Origin: Octopus bimaculoides
Taxonomy: Eukaryota
Length of the DNA: 58,082 nt
NCBI RefSeq assembly: GCF_001194135.2
Contig: NC_068998.1
Span: forward strand, 14,389,674-14,447,755
Direction: 5' to 3'
Shown here one piece after another: positions 22,279 to 35,941 of this stretch; the stretch's first letter is position 1, and each line of letters starts with the position of its first letter. Position numbers and translations under genes: made by a program. Below the pieces are notes generated by a model. The model worked only from the letters and a program-made list of their open reading frames with translations, did no database searches and had not been told where the DNA came from.

Positions 22279-23489
22279 AAGTGACTATACAATTAACATT
22301 TTATAGTTAATGCGGATCTTTTCTCGAAACAAGAAGCTAATCGAGCGTTTTATGGTGATTACGCTACGAGCATCCTTTTGGATTGTAAGCACTGGAAAGG
22401 AGTGACATAACTAACAACAAAGATAATGAACAATTTATGTAGATGCTGACCTAACGACTCTCAGATTTATTGCAAACCGGATATACAGGATTATAAAAGA
22501 GTTGCATTTTTGGATCAAACATCTCTGCAAGTAAACGCTTTTTCTTTCGACAAATCCTTGGAATCGTTGACACCATATTTATTTCTAGTTAAATATTAAA
22601 TTTTCTGTCCATGAAATAAGTTAATATAGAATTATCATTCGTGTTTTTTTCCCCACAGATTCAATTTCGAAATGACTTCACTATTTCGGAACAATTCTGA
22701 TTTCGTTTTCCAAATGCACTGTAGAGTATAACATTGTACAAGGTTGTACAGTTATAAGAGAATCGTTCTTCATTACTTCGGCAAGTCGGATGGAGCTATG
22801 TATCGCTGATGAGTTCAGGATAATAACAAAGCATATCTAGAGATGCCTTCTATGCTTCAGCAGAAAATTTAAAACAACTGATATTGTCCTTGTGATATTC
22901 TCACAGAATAATTAAATTCTAATGCTGCATGTGTTTATATAATATCCGTAACATACCTGTTGTTTTTCATGTAGTTATCATCACTAAATTCTTCAATTCC
23001 TTTTTTTTTTTTTTTTCCTCAATGAAACGAACCATATTGTACATTTCCTAAGCAAATATTTCATAATTGCGGTAAGCAAGGTCATGACTATCTGTTACAT
23101 ATTTTTCATTAGCTATTATCCTACCACGCTAAGCACGATATTTGTTGTTATCTTTTAAATAATACATCTATTGAATACGCTGACAGGAAATGATGTAAAT
23201 CATTATATTAATAGTTCCTGACAGTGTTGGTAATGAGAACCGTTACGGCTCGATAATCTCCACAAATATTCCACCGAAATAATATCAGCACCATCATAAC
23301 ACCAACCACCACCGTTGCAACAACATGTATGTGCGTATATATATTTACTTATGTGTATAAGCGAGTGTATTAACACGTGTGCGTGTGTCAAACCTTGTAC
23401 AGTCGTCTGTATCTCGCTTTACTTACGAATATATGCACATATTTATTTATTTATGCTATGTGCGTATATTTATGCATACATACATACAT

Positions 23490-23529
<40 letters not shown>

Positions 23530-23552
23530 GTATGTATCCCAGTCAAATCAAT

Positions 23553-23599
<47 letters not shown>

Positions 23600-23769
23600 A
23601 AAAGTGTTGACACAGGAAAAACGTCGGTTGTGTTTTGCACCTCATTAGCTTACAGCTGTTTCTGCTATAAGGTGCAGTGGACTGATAGTTGAGCGCCTGA
23701 ATAACATCCTATAGCTTCATCGAAGCTTCGAATAATGAAGTGCAATTTACACTTTCTTCTGAAACTTAC

Positions 23770-23834
23770 CTATATTGTGTTGTATACCAAGTTACTAGCC
23801 ACTAGCATTGCTTCAACGAAATGTATGTATATAT
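23770..23834 (-). other. Exon-like 65-nt segment ending in a TAG stop just before the donor
   Basis: Acceptor ctctttttcttctag, donor tag/gtaagt; phase 1 reads IYIHFVEAMLVASNLVYNTI*. Confidence 0.3.
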
Positions 23835-24301
23835 CTAGAAGAAAAAGAGTTTTACTTCCACACAAATAAGAACATAGGAAATTGGTATTGGAGTAAAAAA
23901 TACAAATGGGTTTTAAAACGAATGGTAATTTTTAAAAAAATATTTTTAACATTTATTAAGATACCACATAAATTTCAACAATTGTTTTGTTTTTTTAATG
24001 GTAGATACAAAATAAGAGACAACGTAAAAGTTGAAACTGAAGACACAGAATAATATTCCGTAAGTGTTAGACAGTTTAAAATATTAGACGCTCACTAGGT
24101 TTCATAGCGAAATTCCTTTTTTTCCTAATTTCAAATTTCAATTTCAATTTTTATAGAAAATTCAAGAATTCAATAAGTTGTACAGTAATATAGTCAGTGA
24201 TGAAAATTTCAATTGCTCCATAAATTGCTGCTTAGTAATATATGATACAAATTGGTTTCCTAGCAACATGTTAGGTTGGCACTTAGATGTGGTGAAGAAG
24301 A

Positions 24302-24695
24302 CGGCGAGCTGGCAGAAACGTTAGCGCGACGGGCAAAATGCTTAGCGGTATTTCGTCTGCCGCTACGTTCTGAGTTCAAATTCTGCCAATGTCGACTTTG
24401 CCTTTCATCCTTTCGGGATCCATTAAATAAATGCCAGTTACGCACTGGGGTCGATATAATCTACTTAATCCGTTTGTCTGTCCTTGTTTTTCCCCACTGT
24501 GTGTAGCCCCTTGTGGGAAATAAAGAAATAAGAAACGTTAGCACGCCGGGCGAAATGCTTAACGGTATTTCGTCTGTCTTTACGTTCTGAGTTCAAATTC
24601 CGCCGAGGTTGACTTTGCCTTTTATCATTTCGGGGTCGATCTAATCGACTGGCTCCCTCCCCCAAAATTTCGAGCCTTGTGCCTAGAATAAAAAA
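24302..24695 (+). mobile_element. Dimeric or tandem SINE family B
   Basis: ggcgagctggcagaaacgttagc..ttctgagttcaaatt..gactttgcctttcatcc, repeated from 24533. Confidence 0.9.
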
Positions 24696-25400
24696 GAATT
24701 AGATGTGGTGAAGATTTAAAAAAAAAAAAGGAAACAGGTGCTTGTATAAGCTTCGTTGTATTGTGTGAAGGTGAATTATTCGTTGTGTGCCGTACTCATG
24801 GAATTTGAACTATGTTTTGAGCCGTTCCACCCCTGTCATATCGTTTGATTCGAATAATTGCCTGAATACGTCATTTGTTTATCAAATGTTCTGGTCTACT
24901 TGTTCGGCATTTGTCCAGCGTTCATTTGTGTACCTGATATCACTTTTTTGCTTTCAGAATCCTTTATAAGGTGTAACAAAAAGACAATATATCATTGGTT
25001 AACCTTAGGTTGACTTCTGCAAGTAGTCAAAGAAACACATTTAGAATTTCGGTTACCACAGCTTTTGATTGACCGCTATTATTTTTTATTATTTTTCCTA
25101 TTTCTTGTTATTTTTAGTTGAGTCGAATAAATTCTTTGCCCATACTGCTATGCTTTCATAAAGTATTTCATTTTGATTTATATTTCTAAATAGACATATT
25201 TTTCTTATCTAATCGGAATAGGGGCTGGGAAATTTCTGATACATTGATATATAAGGAAAATGTAGCATTTGGAATGTTTACATGTTGAGCAGAAATCGTG
25301 ATGTTTACTCATGGGTAAAAAATAAAAATAAACATGAAGCTATAAAACATTCAGCTAAACATGACATTTGGTCATCGCACATAAGTGGCCATAATGTTAC

Positions 25401-25489
25401 CATCAGTTTCACGCCTGCTATTGCTCTTTGCAATATTAATGACACTTGAGATATAGTGGCTCGACACGATTCAACTACAACTAACACCA
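25401..25489 (-). CDS. Candidate 89-nt exon
   Basis: Acceptor gttattttctatgcag, donor atg/gtaaca; only phase 1-0 is open: VLVVVESCRATISQVSLILQRAIAGVKLM. Confidence 0.2.
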
Positions 25490-25814
25490 CTGCATAGAAA
25501 ATAACTCTTCTTCCCTCCTCTCGCAAAATGTAAGTTTTCACTGTTTTGTTCCGGTTCTTTTCACTACCACTGACTCAGCTAAACGTATATACATATATTT
25601 GAAAATGGTATGCATTTGAACAACACAAATGAATAAAGGTGTTTGAACAATGATGGAAGAAATGTCAATCTATTGAAATTATTTTATACTAGAGAAGGTA
25701 AAATAACCATGTTTGGTCAGTTCAAACCAACTCGAAAAGGGAAGAATCTCAACTAAAAGACAGATTTGCAGTTATGTTTTATGATTTTCGCAGAGTGAAG
25801 AACTGACTGCAGTT

Positions 25815-25945
25815 GAAACCGCCAACCTAGAATTTTACTTCTATTTTATTTTATCGATCCCGAAAGGGTGAATGTGGGGTTTTGAACTCAGAACAAACCA
25901 TGTTCTTATCTGACGGTCTAACGATTCTACAATGTTGCTATCCTA
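25815..25945 (-). mobile_element. SINE family B, degenerate
   Basis: ttttatcgatcccgaaaggg..tttgaactcagaac..ctaacgattct. Confidence 0.6.
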
Positions 25946-27119
25946 ATATTATTAATAAAATTTACAATTAATGAAAAAAATCATACATATATGTGTATAC
26001 ATAAATACACCCATACATATACATTTAATGGGCTTCCATATAGTTTTCATCTAATTATACAGTTGAATGTGTGAAAATTCGGATTGGATCTAAAGGAACG
26101 GTCATCCTCGAGTCCAATTTATTCAATCTACTTCATATTTCAGTTAACCAATCTCTTTGAAAACTGCGTGGAAATCTTTCTATAATCTTTATTATGTACT
26201 CGAAGGACGTCATCCACCCTATCCAAAACTATCTCAACATTTACTAACGACAGACTGTTATGTTGTCTCAAAATTAGCTTCTCAGAAGTTCATTATAATA
26301 CCAGTTCTTGTAACTTTTGTCGATTTAAATGCACATTTAAAACTATAAAAAGCTGTTATTGCGAAATATGATAAAAATAACCGATATTCTTGCCACCGCC
26401 AACACTACCTCTACCACCATCACCACAGTTTTCTAAACGTTCATGTATCTTCGTATAGAACCAATTCAATAAAAATGAATATAAACAGCTTGACTTGAAA
26501 TCAATTTAAAACTGCAGTTTGAGGTGAATCTTTTCAAATTCTTGAAGTTATCTTTGGATTACAGATACTGTTGATGAGAGTAGGTGGAAGAAAGACAGAA
26601 ACTACTTTCATGTTAGATACTATTATCATACCGCTGGAGATTCTATGGAAATATGCGATAACAAGTGTTGGACAATGTGTGTCTGTTTTTATACAGCTGC
26701 TATCATTGTGAAATAATAGATAGGAGCCTCATTTAGTGCACGTGGAATTGAAATTACACGATGCCAAATAACCATATAGATAAGAAATCTCGAACATGTC
26801 AACACTCTATACGAAAGAATGTAGTTTCTCTCTTTCTCTTTCTCTCCATCTCTCTCTATTTCTCAGCTATTTTCTCTGTTTTTATATTTGTATTTTTTCA
26901 GTTAAAGTAATTGCTACAAATATTTCGTTATTAATAAAAATGTGTCATACAAAGGTATTGCGAGCAAGGATGCAATATCCGAAGAATGTCAAACTAAAAA
27001 CTATGGCCGATGAAGGTATTCTTCTTTATAAAAGAAATTCCACACTGTAAATTTATATTAACAATACTGGTCCCGACATTTGGGATATTTCATTCAATTG
27101 TAGAGAAAGCTCATTCCAT

Positions 27120-27238
27120 TTACATTAAAATCTCCGAAATCCAAACGTCAGTTTGACGCTTCCACGGATATCCTGAGGTTGGCATTGAAACCAGTTCAGA
27201 AAGGCTTTGTATGTTGTATATCATTTGCGAGACATCGT
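27120..27238 (-). CDS. Candidate terminal coding exon with a KR dibasic site
   Basis: Very strong acceptor gttcttttttgttttctttatttttttttgcag; phase 1 reads DVSQMIYNIQSLSELVSMPTSGYPWKRQTDVWISEILM*. The other two frames stop early. Confidence 0.35.
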
Positions 27239-28023
27239 CTGCAAAAAAAAATAAAGAAAACAAAAAAGAACAACAACATTAAAGACAAATGCATTAGCTG
27301 AGTACTCGAACATGAAGAGAGTAATATCACACCACCACAGAGTGAACTGCTGTAGAGACATTCAAGATATCCTACTCTATAATTATTTCATGAATCGAAC
27401 TCACCGATTATTCGGAACAGAAACACTTCATATACGAAATGTTACTCAGTGACTGTTTGACTGTTCAACGATTTATCTCAATATTTGAAAGAGGAACACT
27501 TTATGTACAATAAAAGTTTATACCAAGGGTATATTTCCGGGAATCATAAGGATAACGCTGATATCAACTTGAAATGTTGCCAAGTCTTGGTAAATGAACA
27601 GGATGTCACGTTACATTTCGACGTTTAATCTTTCATATTCCGATAACCAAAGATATGGGTCTTAGACTCAACACATCGTCCAATTTAACACCATCACCCG
27701 GTATCTTTTGTATCCCTTAGGTAATTTCACTCTGCTGCAAACATTTGGACAAGGTCTTTATAAATTTCTGATATGTTCTGAACGTAACTTCTTCCCTCTC
27801 ATTAATATCCGACTCCCAATAAACAGCAATGGTCATTTCTTTCTATTCTGGTTTTTAAAAAAAATAATACGTGTAGAACGAAGATTCTCAACCACATGCA
27901 TATAGAAGAAGCAACCCCAAAAATGTCGAATGTATAAGTTATTTGAAATTAATCGTGCTCAAAATATTGTTCGATCTTAGATGCAAATGTTTCATGATGT
28001 AACTAAAACAGTACACAGCAAAC

Positions 28024-28024
<1 letters not shown>

Positions 28025-28072
<48 letters not shown>

Positions 28073-28185
28073 CCCTGATCCATGAAAGATAAAGTCGACC
28101 CTGACGGGATTTGAACTCAGAGCTTAAATACAGAGGAAATGGCGCTAAGAATTTTGACTGGTGTGCTAAGGACTCTGCTAGCTTA
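28025..28185 (-). mobile_element. SINE family B fragment next to (TAA)n
   Basis: (aat)n then gaaagataaagtcgaccctgacgggatttgaactcagagc..gtgctaaggactctgc. Confidence 0.7.
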
Positions 28186-28192
28186 CTGCTTT

Positions 28193-28261
<69 letters not shown>

Positions 28262-28963
28262 NNNNNNNNNNNNNNNNNNNNNNNNNNNNNNNNNNNNNNN
28301 NNNNNNNNNNNNNNNNNNNNNNNNNNNNNNNNNNNNNNNNNNNNNNNNNNNNNNNNNNNNNNNNNNNNNNNNNNNNNNNNNNNNNNNNNNNNNNNNNNNN
28401 NNNNNNNNNNNNNNNNNNNNNNNNNNNNNNNNNNNNNNNNNNNNNNNNNNNNNNNNNNNNNNNNNNNNNNNNNNNNNNNNNNNNNNNNNNNNNNNNNNNN
28501 NNNNNNNNNNNNNNNNNNNNNNNNNNNNNNNNNNNNNNNNNNNNNNNNNNNNNNNNNNNNNNNNNNNNNNNNNNNNNNNNNNNNNNNNNNNNNNNNNNNN
28601 NNNNNNNNNNNNNNNNNNNNNNNNNNNNNNNNNNNNNNNNNNNNNNNNNNNNNNNNNNNNNNNAACATAAAAGTGACATGTAATATCCTTCAGCTTGGAT
28701 GTTATCAAACTTTCCTGATATTGTTTTAATATTCTAATAGAATATAAAACAGATCAATTCTTATAATTTAACGGTCACCTTGAAGGAAAATTAATAATTT
28801 ATCATTACCAAGACTATATCAAAAAGGATATTCAGTTGCCAAGTATTTCAAGACGATATAATAATGCTCTTCGGCTATAAGAGATATGCTAAAATTCTCT
28901 CTTTTTGGCATTTTTAGGTCTTTCTGGCATTCTGTATAAGAGAACGGCCAGCGAAAGAAAGAA

Positions 28964-29020
<57 letters not shown>

Positions 29021-29363
29021 ATGTTTATTGTGATTCGACGATGATTTTGAAACAAACTCGATAACAAGATGTAATACAAAGCAGAAGAAAGATAAGTGAA
29101 ATTGATTGTTTTCTATCTTTTATTTACATTTTAGGAATTTCTCTACGGTAATAGGGGAAGGTGAAAGCACTGATTACACTTTGCAAGTACAGACAAACAC
29201 AAGAGCAATGTTGACATTTTATAACTACATTGGAAATTCCATAAAAGAATACATTTCAAAACTGATTTTAAATTAATAGAATCAAGACTGAGTCTGTCAT
29301 CGTCAATGATAAAATGAATATTCTGATAAGAAAAGGATTGGCAAAGTTGCACAGAAACCATCA

Positions 29364-29505
29364 GGCATAGGCGTGTGGGAAGAAGTTTGTTTTCTAATCA
29401 CATAGTTTCGGGCTCGGTCTCACGGCAAGTGTCTTCTGCTATAACTTCGGGTCGACCAAAGCTTTGTGAGTGTATTTGGTGAACGTAAACTGAAAGAACT
29501 TATCT
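29364..29505 (+). mobile_element. SINE family A head, followed by (CA)n
   Basis: ggcataggcgtgtgg..ggcaagtgtcttctgctataacttcgggtcgaccaaagctttgtgagtg..actgaaagaac. Confidence 0.75.
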
Positions 29506-29515
29506 CACACACACA

Positions 29516-29588
<73 letters not shown>

Positions 29589-29991
29589 GGGGGGGGGGGG
29601 TATGTTTGTGTGTGTTTATGTTTGTGTGTGCCAAAATTTGTAATCGATATTTGTTAGCTTCTCTGAATGGGGGATGTATAGTTTTGATTTCTCTTATATT
29701 GTTTATCAATTATCGTATTCATCGCTCACTTATTCTGTTTAAAATTTCAAATACATGATTTGCGACTATAGACTATAATCAATTGAACTGCTATTTAACT
29801 TAGGTACAATGACCAATAATTACGGAGAGAAGAGTATGACCAGTATATCAAAGCTTCTGCAGACGATTCATAAATTAAAGGTAAAGTCGACTATGGAAAG
29901 ATTTGATCAAAAATACATATGAATAAAACTAAATGATATTTACGTCTAGAAGATGACTTCACAGAATAAACATTTATTTGTGGTACACAAG

Positions 29992-30123
29992 GTGGAGGCG
30001 TGGATGTGTGATAAAAAGTTTGCTTCCCAACCACATGCCCCCTTGAGCAAGTGACTTCTTCTATAACTTCGAGTCAACCAAAACCTTGTGAGTGGATTTG
30101 TTTGACGGAAACTGGAAGCCCAT
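29992..30123 (+). mobile_element. SINE family A head
   Basis: ggcgtggatgtgtgataaaaagtttgcttcccaaccacat..ccttgtgagtggatttgtttgacggaaactggaagccc. Confidence 0.8.
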
Positions 30124-30249
30124 CGAGGATTGATATCTTCGTCTTTAGACTAGGCTATACTCGAATCTTTCAGACACATTTCATTATAAACGCATATAAG
30201 CACGCTTATTAAAATTCTGTTGTTCATATTTATTGCTTCTATCCTTTCT

Positions 30250-30455
30250 GCTATAGGCACAAGGCCTGAAATTTTTGGGGAGGGGATAAGTCGATTACAT
30301 CGACCTCAGTACTCAATTGGTATTTAATTTATCGACCCCGAAAGGATGAAAGACAAAGTCGACCTCGGCGGAATTTGAACTCAGAACGTAGCGGAAGACG
30401 AAATACCGCTAAGCATTTCACCCGGCGTGCTAACGGTTCTGCCAACTCGCCGCCT
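30250..30455 (-). mobile_element. SINE family B, young full copy
   Basis: taggcacaaggcctgaaattt..atcgaccccgaaaggatgaaagacaaagtcgacctcggcggaatttgaactcagaacgtagcgg..gtgctaacggttctgccaactcgccgcc. Confidence 0.9.
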
Positions 30456-31564
30456 TGTATTTATTGCTTTTATATATCGCCTCCTCTTTTGTATTTTCAA
30501 AACACGCAAAACAACCATTGAGTCTCTTAAATGGCAGTTTTCTTTCTCTCCTTTCCCATACTTTGTTATTAATTTGCATAAACCAACCAATACATTCTCT
30601 ATCTTTTTTCATACATTTATACATTCCTGCGACGTTGTTACCTCGTTTTTGTGTACTAAGTTCATATCACTCTTTCGTAAATGTCCAGTGTAAGTTGTTC
30701 GTTGATTCTACAGAATTTATTATTTAGATATTCTAGGTGGGTAAAGGTGAGCTAGGAAGGGTGTAAATATTTCCAAGCCTAGAGTATTAAAATTCTTTGA
30801 TAACCAGATATCTGCTATCCTGTACAATCCATATCTTTTATTCGTCTGCCGTGACAGCTCTCCACTTGGCCAACGGAAATCTATGAGAGTTAATAAAAGC
30901 GGCGTCATGTGGTATTTAATTACGATGCTTCCTAAATAGAAGGCCGTTCTTAACGAATTCAAAAATAAAAGATTTCTGGCTAACAACAATTGCCACTAAC
31001 ATAACCAAGGTTTTAATTAAATCATATTGCAACTAGATGCCAGTTAGATATTAATTACTCTAGCTTCAGTAACTCACATTATCTGCAGGATTCATGCAAA
31101 TTTCAATTAAATATTATTAAAAAAAATTACTATAATTAATTGCATTTGTAGCTTCTATAATAAAACATGTGTTCAATGAGTATGTCATAATTCTACCTGA
31201 AGAATTTTTATTAAAGTGTTGTAGTGATATGACAATAAATTGTGCAATAGCTTTGTTTGTTTCACTCTGAACTTTTCAGAGTAAGAACGAAAGTACCTGT
31301 GATTCCATTTCCGGACCAAGTCGGTTAGGAAGGAAGGAGAAAGTTAATCTCAAACCAGGATTTTGGCCCAAATATTTTGCAACAGAGTAGTCACCGTTAA
31401 AAGTACTCAGGAGCCAGGTGGTGATGGTGGTTAATCTAAGAAAATTAAGGAACCACATCATGGCTTCCGAGACATTTTAAACCTAATGAGTCTCATTCAG
31501 AAGGACTTGATCAACTTGAGGTTGAAGACGTTGTGCAGTGACATATACATATAATAATAATCCT

Positions 31565-31762
31565 TTCTAATATAGGTACAAGGTCTGAAATTTGGGGGAG
31601 GGGGATAATCGATTATATCTACCCCAGTACTTAATTGGTACTTAATTAATCAAGATGAAAGGCAAAGTCAGCTACGGCGGAATTTGAACTCAGAGCGTAA
31701 AACGAGAAGATAACACTAAGCATTTTGTCCGGCGTGGTAACGATTCTGCTACCTCGCCGCCT
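31565..31762 (-). mobile_element. SINE family B
   Basis: Same blocks as 30250-30455. Confidence 0.85.
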
Positions 31763-31839
31763 TAACAACAACAACAACAATAATAATAATAATAATAATA
31801 ATAATAATTTCTAACATAGGTACAATGTCGGAAATATTG

Positions 31840-33190
31840 AATGTAGGAACGGCAGTTTAATTTGAACCCAATGCTTAACATATGCACATTGTTCCCAGAA
31901 CCAAAGAGGGCTTCCGTTATCTCAGACCACTTCGAGTTGGTTGTCATAGGGATGAAGTAGTCTGGCTTTCCAAACTCTCTCACCAGGGTCATTCCAGCTT
32001 GAAATCACTCCCTGTAAAACCGAGGAGAACCAGTATGTAATGCCGGAAGAATGGTTTTAGACCCTACGTCATTCATGTCACCATTTGCAATAGCATCCAG
32101 AAGGTCCTGGTACTTTTCAGCCTTAAGTTGTTTCTGTTGAGTTCTCAGGATGTGTAATCGATCTTGCTCTATCTTTGCATATTGATCTACTGCATATTGA
32201 TGCATCAGGTGTCTACTTTTCATTAGTAGACTGGCTTCCTATTTACTGCTGGTAGGAGGCTTTCGTTGCGATGGTACAACTTTCCTTGAATCTTGAAAGT
32301 AGTCATAAAAGTGCTACCACCATGTGGTCCAACTGGTGGATTATCCAAGTGAGGCCATTGTCAGTAAATTATTGTAGCGACTAATTTTGTACAGAAACAT
32401 TTGACCGCAAAGATTAACATCATAGAACTTAGCTATTAATTCTGGGTTTTTTATCTGTGGAACTTTCTCATTGCTAAGTTTTCCTTTACTACAGCAGAGG
32501 GTAGTGGGAAGTTAGACTACATTGGTCAAATGCACAGAAGCTATGACCTTTGCAGTCAGGGCATGTTCTGTTAAAAATGCTTCCACAGTAGTGCAATATA
32601 AGGCTTGGGTTTCGTTCTTTCTCATGAAAATCTGCCACATCAATTTCCATAGCCATTCTCTCAGTGTCAGTTCTTTGCTGACGAAGTCTCGATTGGTATC
32701 GTGCCTGGTTGTTTGCTTGTCGCTGATGAATTTGTGGCAGCGACTTCCTTTCACTAGAGTCCTGTTTCCTCAGCCGATCAGTATTTGTTCGTGCTTCTGT
32801 TTATTGTGGTATTTCCATTGCACGGCTTTTCTGTGTCCTCAGCCGACTCACATCCCTCCGTGTTTCTCTTCTTTTCTGGTCTCTCAATTGCACGGGTTTC
32901 CTGTGTTCTCATCCGATTCGTATTCCTCCGTACTTCTGAATCTTCTGGTCTTTCCATTGCACGGGATTTCTGTCTCTTCAGCCGATCTGTATTTCTCCGT
33001 ACCTCTGTTTCTTCTGGTGTTTCCATTGCACGGGTTTCTTGCATCTCATTTCCTTTATTTCGAGACACTTACAAAAGCTAGTTCCTTATCTGTTTTCTTC
33101 AATTAGCGTCTGTTAGCTCAGCAATTTTTTGGGAACGGGAATTTTTTTTGGGACAGGTTGCTGCTCTTTCTTTTTCTGGGCATAGTGTAC
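31840..33190 (-). mobile_element. Helitron Rep N-terminal fragment, internally deleted pseudogene
   Basis: 23-aa RA(M/I)E.PE repeats; CCSKGK; FLYKISRYNNLLTMASLG; TFKIQGKLYHR.ESLLP; HQYAVDQYAKIEQDRL..KAEKYQDLLDA..ILPALHTGSPR; REFGKPDYFIPMTTNSKWSEI. These are Helitron_like_N motifs. Confidence 0.9.
32770..33060 (-). repeat. 69-bp (23-aa) STPR-like coding tandem repeat, about 4 units
   Basis: c(c/a)attgcacgg at 32815, 32885, 32954 and 33023 (spacing 70, 69, 69). Confidence 0.85.
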
Positions 33191-33859
33191 TGTTGAAAGC
33201 GTGAATATTTATAACAATTATACATTGAAAGTTTTGAGACGATTCAGCTAGTATTTTAGCTAAGTTCTCTGAACGGGAGTTTTCACGGTATTAATTGTAA
33301 ATATTTACCTTGGATATCTATTTACAATTACACGACTCCCGTTAAACAATATTTGAAAGTGCGCTTTCTATGTTGTTGACTTGCTCTAAATGTATTTGAC
33401 CATAAAAATGACGAAAATTTAGTATTTTTTAAGGTAATAATAAAATTAGTCGAACCTATTTTCATGCAGTTTCGAATGCGTAAAGTTTCCGAAATTTCCA
33501 TACTTTTACGTCTTCTATTTCAGAATTCTACGCATGTGTGAAATATCAGACGACAGTGCATTCAGTAACATATTCATACACTCAACGATGTAAACAGACA
33601 TAAGAATAGCTCCGACAGTATTAAAATAGATTCGACAAATTCTATTAATATCTTTAAAAATACTAAATTTCCAGCCTTTTTATGGTCAAATTCGTTTATT
33701 CAGTAACATAAAAATTGGACTTTAAGACAGTGTTTAGAGAGTATGTAATTGTAATTTTCACCGAAGACTAACAGTATTTTTTTTTTCAAAATGACACCGA
33801 TAGAAACATTGGAAAGAACGCAACCAGTTAAGACAGAATGAACTAAGAGAAGTAGTAAA

Positions 33860-33893
<34 letters not shown>

Positions 33894-34169
33894 GGAGAGT
33901 TATGAGAGGTAGCATTGGATGAGAGAGTGAGTTCAATATGTAATATATATATATATGCGAGAGAGAAACATCAAAGTAACACCGAAGGAGACATGGAAAA
34001 GAGCTCAACCGGTTAAGGGAGAGTTATGAGAAGTAACATTCTCTGCAATTCTGTCAATTACCACTCCTCACAGTACAGCTCTCAATAAGAGCAAGAGGTA
34101 GTAAGCATAAGAAATAGAAGGAGAGTAACGGAATAGTGAGAGAGGGGTAATTCGTTTTGTCGGATTTTA

Positions 34170-34350
34170 CCAGACTGGAACCGGACCGGTTAATTTTCGT
34201 GAATCCCATATAGATGTTCACAGTCCTCCGGTTCGCACGGATCGGATCCTCACACCAAGTTTGGTCGAAATCGGTCCCGTGGTTGCGGAGGAGTTTGGTG
34301 ACAAAATGTTGACACAGTCACACATACAGGCGTAAACAGCGCAATTAAAG
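34170..34350 (+). mobile_element. Possible non-autonomous Helitron/Helentron (DINE-like) end
   Basis: accaagtttggtcgaaatcggtcccgtggttgcggaggagtttggtgac..cacacatacag resembles DINE/HINE 3' blocks; recognised from memory only. Confidence 0.35.
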
Positions 34351-35034
34351 TATAAATAAAACAAAGACTACATTGACTGTTTGAATCACAGAAAGAGACG
34401 TAACATTTTCGAAATCAAACTAAATTACAAAATAAAGAACAAGCAAACATTAGAACATGTATAGAATACTGAGCAACAAAAGTAGAACCGGAAGGACAGA
34501 AAATGTATTTAAAACAGAATATGAGGAAAATATGAGAATAGGAAATTCCAAAAGAGGAAATCATTAAAGAATTCATTGTATGAATCTCTCGATAGACCGA
34601 TGAGAGTACTTCACAAAGGCGGGTCAAACCATGATAACAACATCGATAAAAGACACAAAACTATCTGAATCAAAGAATTCTAGAAATAATTGAAATTTTA
34701 TCAAATACAAAAAGGCTGTCGTTATATAGAGCGAAAACGATATTTTAAAAAAGGAAAAAGCAGTCCGATTCTAATCCCAAACGGTTTTAAAGAGCATAAT
34801 ACGTAAAGATATAACATAAATCAATACTGCACCAAGACAGGAAGAATCAAAGGAATACTGAAGATGTGTATGAACAGTTAAGTAATCACCACGAATGAAT
34901 TTATTTAAAAGTAACGAACACAGTACACAAATATAATGGTAAAAAGATACTTAGAAGCCACAAAGAACAAACTAGCCGTGTGCACCAATTTATAAGGATT
35001 AGATTACTAAGTGATGGTTAAAATATTTAACAGG

Positions 35035-35106
<72 letters not shown>
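35035..35106. repeat. (TA)n microsatellite
   Basis: Direct reading. Confidence 0.97.
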
Positions 35107-35109
<3 letters not shown>

Positions 35110-35941
35110 TTTGGGAGAGGTTTAATAAAGCACTGACGGTTGTAGAGATACATCTGAATCGCCCAATGAAGTTAAATAATTTTAAATCAATACAAAAGAA
35201 GAGTAGACACTAAATTTGGTTGGTATTTGTCGTTTTTGGTAGATGGTATTACAGGAGCAATAACATAAACCTCGACTAAAGGCGGTGCTCCAACATGGCC
35301 GCAGGCTAATGACTGAAACCAATAAAAGAATATATATATGTATATGTATATGTATATGGGAGTGGGGATATGCGAATTAATGAAAGTATACGTACCTCCG
35401 TTTAGCTATTTAGGTGTGCATCTATACTTATTTATTTAGCTATCTGTCTGTCTATCGGTACGTAAGTACGTACTTATGTGTATATGTATGTACGCATGTA
35501 TGTATGTACATATCTATGAAGTATCTGAATATATGAAGCTAAATCGGACATTGAAATGTCACGGAAAAATATAATTCCAGAAATCTTTATTTTTCTTTCT
35601 TTTTTGTTCTATCTACTTATTTGTAATTTTATTTAATAAAAATAAACCCCACCTTCGTTCGAAACCAATAAAATTTTCAATATTTTCAATAAATTTTTAA
35701 GGTAAATTTTTAATGTCGAATAATAGATAAAAATGTTTTTATTGTGATTGAATTATTTTCATATTGATAGTTTTTATATGTAACAAAGTGTTCTGTATTT
35801 AATTTCTTTCGCCTAATTTATATTTCACTTATTCTTTTTCTTAATACTCGGTGTCTGAAAACAAAACTTATTTTCCCTAGGCTTCATAATTCTTTTTATG
35901 AATTTTAATAAAATTAGCTAAGGTAAATTACCTTTCGTGCA

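Noticed and set aside
22660-22730. Strong plus-strand acceptor (ttttttttccccacag)
   Set aside because: All frames stop within 25 codons and no donor is evident; cannot support a feature.
32770-33060. CRISPR-like regularly spaced repeats
   Set aside because: The units are whole 69-bp coding repeats in a Helitron with no unique spacers, and the context is eukaryotic.
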